Below are positions 51,519 to 62,320 of a stretch of 64,000 nt of DNA, one piece after another. The DNA comes from Octopus bimaculoides (Eukaryota). The DNA is taken from positions 107,905,490 through 107,969,489 of the forward strand of contig NC_068983.1 of NCBI RefSeq assembly GCF_001194135.2, given 5' to 3'. The notes under the pieces are model-generated. The model was not told where the DNA came from. It searched no databases and saw only the letters and a program-made list of their open reading frames with translations. The number at the start of each line of letters is the position of its first letter. Position 1 is the stretch's first letter. The position numbers and the translations under genes are program-made.

Positions 51519-53981
51519 CTAAAAGAAAAATGAAGTTATACTTAGATACACAAATTTAAATAAAATGGACACAGTAAAAAAAAATTGAAAATAGCAAAAA
51601 CATTTATGTTAAGAATAGAAATAAAATATATTTTGCCTTGTTTCTGGTGTTGACTAGTATTGATTTTTCTTTTATAACAGTCAACCTTATATAATTGGAT
51701 TTATAGCCTGACACTAACAATTGTCATTTAATGGAAATGGAACACCTTTAAAGCAAGGTAGATTGAAAGAAGAACAATAATCATACTCTAAAGAGCATAA
51801 TACAATGACAATAGTACAATTGGAAAATGTTTATATGATTAAGAAATGTACAAAATGATATGGTTAAAATTTAAAGAATTGTTTTCTTCAACTTAGACTA
51901 TGACACGTGTTCAACAATATGAAATGTTTGTCATTGTTTTAGTGCCAAAAAAATAGCAACAATTAAGTTATTTAAGAATAAGTTAGAGTTTACACAAGGA
52001 AGTATAAACTGAAGTTAAATAATTGTTATAAAATAACAATATAGCAATACCGAGAAAAAGCATAAGTGATTATGTTGTAATAATTCTATATAAATCTTTT
52101 TATCAAGAATACAATTTCTTTAAAAAACTAATGGTATTTAAGTGTTTCTTAAACTAATATCAAATTTATTTAAGGTAAAGGTTACTTTGATATTAATTTC
52201 CAGTTAACTGTATATGTTTAATCACAAGGGTATTACAAAAGGGACGAATGAACTTGTGAAGCTATCAGTAAGATAACTTGATTCATATGAGAATATAACA
52301 TTAAAAAGAAAGAATACTTTAGGAGAAATAAACCTATAGTAAATTTGTTTCCCACCCATATTTAATTTCTGTCTAATCTGAAATGACTGTCATGCTTTAA
52401 ATACTAGACGTTCATTAAAACTTTCCCATAATGCTTATATTACAGAAAAAAATATAGAAAAAAGGAATATGCCCACTGTTCTCTGGAGTATGAATTTAAG
52501 CAATAAACATAGCAATAAAATACTACACTTGCTAAATTGACATTTAGTGATATTTAGAAGAGATCACCGGATATTACTTGACTACCAGTTTTCAGTAACA
52601 CTTCAATTTCAATAAATAGTGAATAACCATCCCAAATTTGTTCTTATTATGCAAAGTAGGTATATAAATTGAAATATCTTGGTATTCTGAGACAAAAAAT
52701 ATTTTTCTGGAATAAATTAGTGCTAATAAGGACTACAACTTGACTACTTGAATTTCAGCAATTATCCCAGATTTTAAAACAGATTTTTTTCTTTAGAAAG
52801 TTATTAAAAGGGATTCAAAAAGCTTTTAATGTTATTAAAAACCAAGCAAACTTTATTAAGTTCTGATCAGTGGTCATGAACTCAAACTGAACTAGTTATT
52901 CTGCTGGCTTTGTAAAATTTGTAAAACTTGTTGAATAACTTTTGCTTGCATATTTCAAGTCAGTGCATAACTGCCAATGAAATAACTTTCTGAACAAATG
53001 AAGACTTTATTTTGCACTTTAGCCTCTTTAATAGTTTAATTAGTGTTTAATATAAGAAAAAAAAAAAAAAATTAAACTTCAAAAATATAATCTACTTGTT
53101 ATATTCAGATCTGGAGGTATAAGGAATGTGAGTGATCTTGATATATTTGTTTCTCAGTATTAGGTTTCAAAAGCAATGAATTTGAAGGTTGTTGCTCTAA
53201 TAAAAATTAAATGTTTGGAGTCAACTGCTGGAATATGTTTGTTGATTAAAAGTAGAAAAATCTATAACTTACTTATTTTTGATTTTTGTAGATTTAGAAG
53301 GAATTTTCTAGATTCCTAGTATTAGAGTTACATTACTTTTCTACATGTACTCATTGAAAGCAGAACTAAAACAAAATTATAATTATTAATATTTCTATCC
53401 ATTAATTAATGGCAATGTCTAAATTTAGAGAACCCTCAAACTCCTGTCAACATATGAAAAGATTATAAAAATCATAAAGTGAAAAAGCATTACAATGCTA
53501 ATAGTTTAATTTTTATCTGAAAGTTAAAACATAATGACTGTTTTTTTTTTTTAATTTAATAAAAGCATAAATGGCTTTTGTGATACGCATATAAGAAAGT
53601 GAAAGCCAATTTTGAATGTAACAAGATATTGAAATAATTTTGTAATTTTTTACTTTGAAATGATTAAATATCAATTTCTTTTAGCTAAAAAAAAAAAAAA
53701 AAANNNNNNNNNNNNNNNNNNNNNNNNNNNNNNNNNNNNNNNNNNNNNNNNNNNNNNNNNNNNNNNNNNNNNNNNNNNNNNNNNNNNNNNNNNNNNNNNN
53801 NNNNNNNNNNNNNNNNNNNNNNNNNNNNNNNNNNNNNNNNNNNNNNNNNNNNNNNNNNNNNNNNNNNNNNNNNNNNNNNNNNNNNNNNNNNNNNNNNNNN
53901 NNNNNNNNNNNNNNNNNNNNNNNNNNNNNNNNNNNNNNNNNNNNNNNNNNNNNNNNNATATATATATATATATATATATAT

Positions 53982-54120
53982 ACGATGGGTTTCTTTTGGT
54001 TTCCATCTACTAAAATCCACGTACAAGGCAGAAGATATTGTTGAAGACACTTGCCCAAGGTGCCACACAATGGGACTGAACCCTGAACCATGTGGTTGGA
54101 AAGCAAGCTTCTTACCATAC
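53982..54120 (-). mobile_element. SINE head fragment (same family as 25184)
   Basis: gacacttgcccaaggtgccacacaatgggactgaaccctgaaccatgtggttggaaagcaagcttcttacca. Confidence 0.75.
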
Positions 54121-54289
54121 CTTTAAAAGTAAAACAGGGAACTGTAATAAAGTTGAGTTCAAGCTGACCATAGAGGGAAATATAAGTAATTTTTTATATT
54201 TTTAAACCATATCTCACAACATACAAACAAACCAACAACAGCTGATAAGTGGTGGTGGCAGACAAACATAAAGTCACATGTATATATGA

Positions 54290-54680
54290 TGGGCTATTTT
54301 CAGTGTCTGTCTAACAAATCCACTCACAAGTCTTTAGTTGGCCCAGGGCTATAGTAGAAGACACTTGCCCAAGGTTCAAATCAGTGGAACTGAACCCAAA
54401 ACTATGTGGTTGGGAAGCACACTTCTTATTTCTTTACTGCCCACAAGGGGCTACACACAGAGGGGACAAACAAGGACAGACAAACGGATTAAGTTGATTA
54501 TATCGACCCTAGTGCATAACTGATACTTAATTTATCGACCCCGAAAGGATGAAAGACAAAGTCAACCTCGGCGGAATTTGAACTCAGAACGTAGCGGCAA
54601 ACAAAATACCATTAAGCATTTCGCCCGGCATGCTAACGTTTCTGCTAGCTCGCTTCTTACCACACTTCAACCATGCCTGC
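54290..54680 (-). mobile_element. SINE head of the 25184 family, interrupted by a nested SINE
   Basis: Family sequence runs to ...gaagcacacttctta and resumes at cttcttaccacac after a 224-bp insert. Confidence 0.75.
54429..54652 (-). mobile_element. tRNA-derived SINE with Nin/Deu-like core, nested, with cttctta target duplication
   Basis: Minus strand shows an A-box-like head, B-box GAGTTCAAATTCC and core GGTTGACTTTGTCTTTCATCCTTTCGGGGTCGATAAATTAAGT; cttctta flanks both sides. Confidence 0.8.
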
Positions 54681-55404
54681 AACTTTTCATGATAAATTCT
54701 TATTAAAGACTGGCTAAATTTATTTAATTTTATTCTGGCTTAAGATTCTGAAATAAGATTCTAAAGATTTGACTGACTAACTTATGAAAATATAGATATA
54801 AAAAAAGTTCTGAGTGTTTCCTTTCACATAGGTAATATGCATGAAATATTACACACTGATATAAGAATATGAGTTCAATTTTAAAGTGTAATGTTAATTA
54901 TAGAATGTTATCAACTCTATGAATTTTTGTAATATGAATTGTAATGTTATAAGTAATCAAAACATGGAACTTCATTTGTGCTACAAGCTTATCAAAGAGG
55001 GATTGGAAACATTTATAAGAAAAATGAAAGAAAACCTCAGACAGCAATCTTCTATTAAATATATTTTAATTGAAATGCTACACACAAGTCATTTTTTTGC
55101 TTTCTAAAATGTCAACCATGCACTGGATGTTTGGGGTTCTTAGAAAGGTGAGAGATATGGTTTGTTTTTGAAAAGTACCTCTTGCAGGACTTGGAAGTAA
55201 TTTTTGACTGTGAACTGTAAAATTGATACTATAACATCTAATTGGGTTAACTTCCTGTCCTTGACTCCATTTTTTAAATCTTGTTTAGCTAATCTAACCT
55301 GGAGTTAATTAATCATCAAACATATAAAAAGCCAGGCAGTATTTGAACCAGAGGCTCAATTTTAGCAGTATTTATTGCAAAATAACATGAGGAATAAATA
55401 TAAT

Positions 55405-55610
55405 AGGTAGCAAGCTGACAGAATTGTTTGCAAGAATTGGTAGCAAGCTGACAGAATTGTTTTCACATTCTGAGCTCAAATTCCACTGAAGTTAACTTTG
55501 CCTTTCATCCTTTCAGGGTCAATAAAGTAAGTACTGGGTATTGTGATTGGTTTAATCGACTTAGCCTCTCTCCTGAAATTGCTGTTCTTGTGTCAAAATT
55601 TGAAAGCAAT
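55405..55610 (+). mobile_element. Nin/Deu-core-like SINE with tandemly duplicated 5' head
   Basis: ggtagcaagctgacagaattgttt occurs twice, then gagctcaaattcc and ctttgcctttcatcctttcagggtcaataaa. Confidence 0.7.
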
Positions 55611-55698
55611 ATTATGAATTAATATTTTGCACCAATTCAGCTGTCATTATAAATATGATATAAAGAGACAAATTTAAAATCAGAAGCATATAACTTAC

Positions 55699-56044
55699 GT
55701 AAGAGGGCACTTGAAGGAATGCTGACAGTGAGAACATTGGATCCACTCATTGAACAATACGCACACAAAGCTGCTGTTGCCATTGCCACAATGGACAGCG
55801 CTACCATCACAGAAGTAGGCGGAAGTAGTCTTCCAGGTCTTCGATTTCCACCACTGCGACGTTCTCCAGACCCAGAATCACACCCCGTCTCACCCCTGCT
55901 TTCTGCTGTCATGGTTACGACATTCTGTCTACTCCATGATGGGTCCCTTCTATCCAAGCTCTTCCCAATACGTAGTGTCTCTTTACCAATCTGAGTTGGA
56001 ATTACATAGGGACCATCTACTGGACCCTCATCATTATCTTCATC
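55699..56044 (-). CDS. Coding exon A of the minus-strand type II membrane EGF/TNFR-repeat gene: N-terminal region plus transmembrane segment
   Basis: Acceptor ttttttcttctccag|GAT and donor C|GTAAGT; 346 nt, phase 0 to 1. Translates DEDNDEGP...RRSGGNRRPGRLLPPTSVMVALSIVAMATAALCAYCSMSGSNVLTVSIPSSALL. Arg-rich stretch precedes a hydrophobic segment (about 55748-55810). The in-frame ACCATG (MTAESRG) is a possible start. Confidence 0.85.
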
Positions 56045-56227
56045 CTGGAGAAGAAAAAAAAAAAAACATAACAAAAATATAGTAAAATTGTTTGATATTA
56101 TTTTTCAAAAACATCAAATCAAATAAAAATAGTACTATGTGATAGTAATAAAAACAAAACAACAACAGCATGAAAAACAAGTTAATATGGCAGGAAAAAT
56201 TGAGAAAGTGATTCCTCTCTCTCTCTA

Positions 56228-56260
<33 letters not shown>

Positions 56261-56589
56261 GTATATAAGCATATAAGAATTCTGAAATGGAGGATTCAGA
56301 TTGTATTCAAGATTGATATTCTTGAATCTGTTTTATATTGTATTGTTATAACAATGCAATGTCAGGCTGAATTCTTTACAGTATTATGTTTTGATTGTTT
56401 ATATGCTGATTTCAAATCCCATCAAAAGTTTACTTTCCCTCTTATCTTTCAGAAGATGGAAAAATAAGTACTAGGCATGTGATGATGTCAATTTAGTTGA
56501 CTATGCTTATCATGTACAAAACTTAGCCTTGTGACTATGTGCTAATCATTATTTGGGGGTTTATAGAATTAAAATACATGGTCATTCTT

Positions 56590-56890
56590 GCATACAGGCA
56601 TATCTCTGGCACCCCTCTTCAGCTGAGTGTTCTTAATCTTACGGACTTGTGGATCTGGCGCCATGTAAAAAGAACCTGTGCTGGTTCCACATAAAAGCAC
56701 CTGTGCAGATGCTGTGTAAGAGAACCCATTAGATTCTATAAAGTGGTTGGTGTTAGGAAGGGCATTCGGCCATAGAAGTCATGCCAAAACAGACATGGAG
56801 TCTGAGCAGCTCTCCAGCTAACCATCTTTGGTCAAACCATCCAGTTCATGCCAGCATGGAAAGCATGTTAAATGATAATGATGAGGAGGA
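56590..56890 (+). mobile_element. RTE-tail-type retroposon copy
   Basis: gtggttggtgttaggaagggcatt...ccagcatggaaagcatgttaaatgataatgatga family motifs. Confidence 0.7.
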
Positions 56891-56904
56891 TATATTTCTG
56901 AAAA

Positions 56905-56954
56905 GGGGTGATTGGCAGGGTCAGTAGAATGCTACTGACCCTACCAATCACCCC
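56905..56954. repeat. GC-rich 50-nt hairpin: 23-bp stem, 4-nt loop
   Basis: ggggtgattggcagggtcagtag-aatg-ctactgaccctaccaatcacccc, with one C:A mismatch on plus (G:U on minus). Confidence 0.9.
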
Positions 56955-57399
56955 AGTAGAATGCAACTTGGACACAGAATTAGGCTTAGGCTTGATCAAC
57001 CTAGGTCAGGTTGCCTGGATGAGGGTTTAAGACGTGAAACAACCAGTAATCTCCAGGATACAATGCTGACAATGTATTCAAGTATTACATTTGTATATGT
57101 GTGTTGAACTAACATGAAACCATTTGGTTGGGAAAATAACATTTGGAATAGTGAACCTGTTTATCAGACGAATACTGACTCATGTTAAATCTATTACTCT
57201 TTATTTGCACAACTAATGTTCTTATCAAAAGCATGAATATTACATGCTCATTTTAAGAAGACAGTGCCAGCAGTAATTATCATTGGCAATAATTGTTGAT
57301 TAGAGAAGCTCAAAAATAAACGAATTTCCAAAATGAGCAAAACCAGCTCAACAATCAAAAAGTTGAGTAAGTGACTGTGAAACAACTGTGAAAACAAGT

Positions 57400-57930
57400 C
57401 AGTCTATGTGAAGAGTAAATTATGCAAACAATATTATCTTGTCTGTTCCATAGGGCAGAGGCAGGGATTTTATGCCACAAACAGATAAAAGCAGGAGAAA
57501 AAAAACTGCATGTATTTATGACAAGACATCTGAGACAGACTATCTACATCATATGGAAATATAAGGGCAGGAACATTGTTATCCTAGAAAAAGCCAAAGT
57601 CCCTCACATGGAAGAGGTATTGGTGCAACAAAACATCTACAGACTTGAGCATGTCCAACAAATGGAGAAAACCTGGATGTCACAACAAATACTCTATCAG
57701 AATCATGAAGTAGAATGAAAATTGAGATAGACCTCAGATACAAGGATATCCTTAGACACAATATGAGACTGACACTCACAGCTGAAAACAGAAACCAGTG
57801 GAAGAGATCAACTTCTGATATAATTCATACTATTTCATTACTGCCTATGAAAGGACTGCTTATCACAACTGTTTCTGGCACTATCCATTTAAAGTGGACA
57901 TGTTTATACTTTTGTCTAGAACATTAGTTA
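57400..57930 (+). mobile_element. Decayed RTE-clade LINE ORF C-terminus
   Basis: LHVFMTRHLRQTIYIIWKYKGRNIVILEKAKVPHMEEVLVQQNIYRLEHVQQME...RYKDIL...AENRNQWK resembles RTE F..R.LR.IL.I.W...V.N..VL..A...LRW.GHV.RM...RYKD motifs. Confidence 0.7.
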
Positions 57931-59559
57931 TGTAAATAAAGAGGAAAAAGTTTAACAAGAAATGAAACCATATGTCAGCATATATATATATTTTTCTACA
58001 GAAGTATCCTATGAAACCATAAAAATGATTTTAAAGTCTAATATTGGCAAAAGGCCACAAACTTTGAAGGGAGTGGGCACAACCCATTATATAATTTTGT
58101 TGCCTTCCTACCTTCCATTCCATCATATGAGTGGTACATATTTTATCAACCCTAGAAAGAAGAAAGGAAACTCAACCACAGTGGGATCTGAACTCTGATC
58201 AAAAAGAGTTTTGTTGTTGTCTTCAACAATAGTTATTTGTATAGAAAGACACACACCCACACACACATGGATAATTATGCTATTATTATTATCATCATCG
58301 TTATTTAGTTTTTGCTATTCAGTTATTCAGATTTAAGCAGTGAGCAGTTGAATGTACATCATTACTTCTCCCTATCTCTCTCTCTAATGACTTGTCCTTG
58401 GCTAATTCTCAAGAGTGATGAGTTGAACAAGCTCATATCATCATGTGAATGTTGCCTAGTATTTTCAAAGAATTTGATATAATATCTTTATTTTATTTAT
58501 TTATTGATGTTTTTCTTCAATTTCTTTGCCTTCTAATGGATTTTTAATATTCTGTGAAGACATCAATGTTTTTCTTGCTAGCAGGGATTTTTCCAAACTT
58601 CCATTTAGCATGGTAATTTTGCAATCGTTCACAAAGGCAAGTTTGGAAAGCTTACTTTCTTATACTTGAAGGAAAACATTTCAGTTTATTATCATTATTA
58701 TTATTATTTTCAATTTGTGTGATTATTAATTTTGCTTCTAAGATTTCCTTTTTGATATTTCAATCTAAATAACTGATATTGCTATGCTGTTTGAAAATGA
58801 GAATTTGCCTTGCCATGATATCAGCCACATTTATTAAGCATATTAAGCATATTAGTACCTGTGTTTTCTTTTGATACTACTTCCTAGTAGATAACTACAA
58901 GGCAAGTTCTTAGCTAAGAGCAAGCCATTTTACCTAGCATTCATTGATTGAAAGCAGGTACTATGCTCTGTAATCCAGTCATCATTTCATCTTTAAGAAA
59001 ACCAATTACAAATGAATGGCATCTACGAACCCTGGATTCAGTTCTCAGCTCCTCCACCACCACCTGTTTATCATAGTTTTTCAAGTCATTATGGAGGAGT
59101 GTAAGCCTAATTTCTCATGGGAATGCCTGTGAGCCAATAGTCTAGGTCTCACAGCTGCATCAATCACAGATTACAGAAGAAATTCTGAATAAAAAATGCA
59201 ATGCCTAGAATCAAGAAGCCTCAAAATAAATCTAGCAAAGATAAAAATCTTCAAGAAAGAAGACATTCTGCTGCCATTTGAGAAATGACCGTACTTGATA
59301 TGCTTTCCAACTCTTGTAGGTAAGCGTTCTGTTTAACATTCCTATTATAAATTAAGGGTATACAAGAAATGCAGTGGGATAATAAGCAGGCTGGCAGAGA
59401 AGGAGGAAGTCTTTGAATGTGATAGCTGTAACACAGTAGTTAGCAGTAAGAGCACCCATGAAGTAAATACTTAGGAGTGACTGATGGCTTCTCTAACTAG
59501 AAGACATAATCTACAGTGGAGGTGAGTGCACAAGAAACATAGTAGCCTAAGTAAGAACA

Positions 59560-60080
59560 AGGTTAAATGTTTTAAGGAGTTATTGTCATTTTTGACAATA
59601 AAGGGATTCTCTCGTCAAAGCAAGAATAGATGATATGATATTGTTGTACAGGGTACAATGTTGTGTGGTAGCAAAATATGGGAATCAAATGCAGAGGATG
59701 TGTGAAAGGCTGAAAAAGAAATGAGGTTAATATTAAGCTCTGCTGGATAATGTGCATCAACAATGAAATACAAATGAACTGAGAGCAAAACTAGATATAA
59801 GAAAAATCAGCAGTAATGTGTAACAGAAGAGACCACACTGGTATATTCATGTGTATGGGAGCATGATTGTTTAGTAAAGAAGTTCTAAGTGATCCAAAAA
59901 GAAAAACTGAGGAAGACATCAGAAGTAGTGAAAACTGATCTCAGGATACTGAATCTTCCAACAGAAATAATGAGTGGCTGCAACAAGTGCCAAAATATTG
60001 TTGGAAAAGACTCATCAAAGAATACAAGAATGGAATAAGGAATGGAAAACATGATGATGATGATAGCGATAGTGATGAGA
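59560..60080 (+). mobile_element. Decayed RTE LINE 3' fragment with (GAT)n tail
   Basis: Degenerate homolog of the 5690-6675 element on the opposite strand (gagcaaaactagatataaga, cactggtatattcatgtg, aactgatctcaggatactg), ending in gatgatgatgatagc. Confidence 0.55.
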
Positions 60081-60859
60081 TTACAATGATAATGAGGTTT
60101 CCTTAAGAAAAACGAAATCCCAGGCTGTACTTTCTGACATTAATGAGCTAAACATGCTCTATCAATACAACTTGTTCTCAGTAATAAGAACAATGTTATT
60201 TGCATATTAAGTATATTTGAGAATGTTTTTCAGTTTTCAAACAGAGTACATCTGTAATGTACATTAAAACTATTTCTTGCAATCAATTTGAACTGCTATC
60301 AAATAAAAATCATTAGGATTAATAGCTGACTGTGAATGTGATTTTATAGACATCTAAAGACATTTAATTATTTAAAAAAGAACTAAACTGCTCTAAGATA
60401 GTGTATCTTACTACTTCAAATCTGTTTGTAAGTGCATTTCATGTTTCACAATTTTTAAGGATACAGATTGGGAAAACAAAATACAATTAACTTGCTTATA
60501 CTTGATATGGTTTACAGAAAGTAGTATTGATGAATAAAGTAAACTATACTGTATGTAGTAAAAGCATTTGTCAGGGCAAACCATGAACTAAATTGCACTC
60601 TACACAGCTATATCAGTTCTTATATATCAAGTTTTCATTCCTTATGCACATTTATATACATTTACATACATAAGTGACAGCATTCACATTACTTTGCATG
60701 GGCTGTTGGTCTCAGCAGCAGAGTTGTTCCCTTGCAAGCCACGTATCATTGACCAGCTGGTTGCATGCCAGGGTGCCAGGCATGCTTGCAATAATGAAAG
60801 TCTGCCACTTCCATTATGTACATGTATATCTGTGTCATTAAGAAATTTACTTCTTAACT

Positions 60860-60982
60860 GTTTAGTTTTGGGTTCACTCCCACTGCACAACACCTTGGGC
60901 AAGTGTCTTCTAGTACAGCCTTAGTCTGGGCAAAGCCTTGTGAGTGGAATTGGAAGATGAAAACTGAGAAAGACCTGTCATA
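60860..60982 (+). mobile_element. SINE head fragment (25184 family)
   Basis: gggttcactcccactgcacaacaccttgggcaagtgtcttctagtacagcc...agccttgtgagtgga. Confidence 0.65.
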
Positions 60983-60984
60983 TA

Positions 60985-61191
60985 CGAGGGTGTGCAGCAA
61001 AGTTCCTGGCTTTGGGTAAAAGAAAATACAGAAGGATCAGTTAATTTTATTCAACATATTCCCCTCTCACATTCATGCACTTATTGCAGCAGTCCTTCAG
61101 TTTTACTAAGCCCTGTAAGAGAACTCAGAAGGTTGGTCTCCAACAAGGCCTTTTGTGATCCCCTTAAAGCCTGGAACTTTTCAGTACCCTC
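60985..61191. mobile_element. Mariner-type MITE (about 207 bp)
   Basis: Ends cgagggtgtgcagcaaagttcctggcttt and aaagcctggaacttttcagtaccctc are imperfect inverted repeats; TA on both sides; no ORF. Confidence 0.7.
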
Positions 61192-62182
61192 TATGTATGT
61201 ATGTATGTGTGTGTGTGTGTGTGTATGTGTATACGTACTCTTGTCTTGGCACTACATAATGGTTGCAAATGAGCATGTTCTTCATTTTCAATCTTCCATG
61301 AAAAATATATCAGGCCATGGGAAATATTACTTTACTCAGAAACAAGTAAAGGCTGATAATAGAAAATGTGTCTCAATAAAGTCTCTCTGACCCATGCAAG
61401 CATGAAAAATGATGTTGCATGATAGTGATGATGACGACTCATATAAAGTAGCTCTCATCATGGAATGAAGAAAATATGAATGTGAATTCAACTATTCGTC
61501 ATGATCAAGGCTGATGATACGAAAATATTAAAATAAATACATTACTATAATAGTAGTATTGATATGAAATATGTTAACACAAACCTCGTTATATAGAGAA
61601 TGTTCCTAAAAAAAATATTTTGAAAAATAGTAGGAATTATAGAAGCTAATGCTAAAAACAAACAAACAGAAAAAAGCAAAAAAAAAAAACCGATAAGCAA
61701 TAGCAGTATTGTCTTAACAAAATAGTAGCTGCATTATCAAAGATAAATCATAACATCTTAACAGTTAAAACATATTTGATGACTCCCAATATATTTCTGG
61801 AAATAATTATATATACTCATTGTACAATGAAAATTTTGCCTGAATATTCATAATTATGGATACATTAACTATCATACAAGATGCATTTGATAAATTCTAA
61901 AATTATCTTTGAATTTTAAATTCAAAATGTAATTAGCTCTCTTAATTATGTAAGATATTTATGGGTTCTAAAATGCATTTTATTTACATTTTTTATCTCT
62001 ATCATTCCCATAATAAGGATATTAGGTCCAAACCATTATATGCATGCGCATATACATATCTACACACACAGACACACACACACACAGCTAGATTCATCTA
62101 TTTATCTGTCTATCTATCTATCTATCTATATTCATATATACACGCACGCACAAAAATTCATTATATATAAAACTCTAAGTAC

Positions 62183-62206
62183 CTGAAAATAACAGAAAGT
62201 GTGCAT
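62183..62206 (-). CDS. Candidate first coding exon segment (MHTFCYFQ), tentative
   Basis: ATG CAC ACT TTC TGT TAT TTT CAG|GTACTT ends in phase 0 and would splice in frame to exon A. It lies about 100 nt downstream of a CRE/CCAAT pair. The same sequence could instead be an acceptor tract or 5'UTR. Confidence 0.25.
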
Positions 62207-62304
62207 GTGTGTATGAGAGAGAGAGAGAAAGAAAATGAGTGAAAGAATGAGAAAACGAACAAGCAAATTCTATCGCGTGCTGGTAGTTTGGAAAATAAGG
62301 GGTA

Positions 62305-62320
62305 CCAATGACTGACGTCA
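62305..62320. promoter_or_regulatory. Adjacent CCAAT box and palindromic CRE (TGACGTCA); candidate promoter of the minus-strand gene
   Basis: ccaat at 62305-62309 and tgacgtca at 62313-62320, with several CpGs retained nearby (tatcgcgtgc) in a CpG-poor window; located upstream of all exons. Confidence 0.4.

Noticed and set aside
55719-55994. Plus-strand 91-aa ORF
   Set aside because: Antisense shadow of coding exon A.
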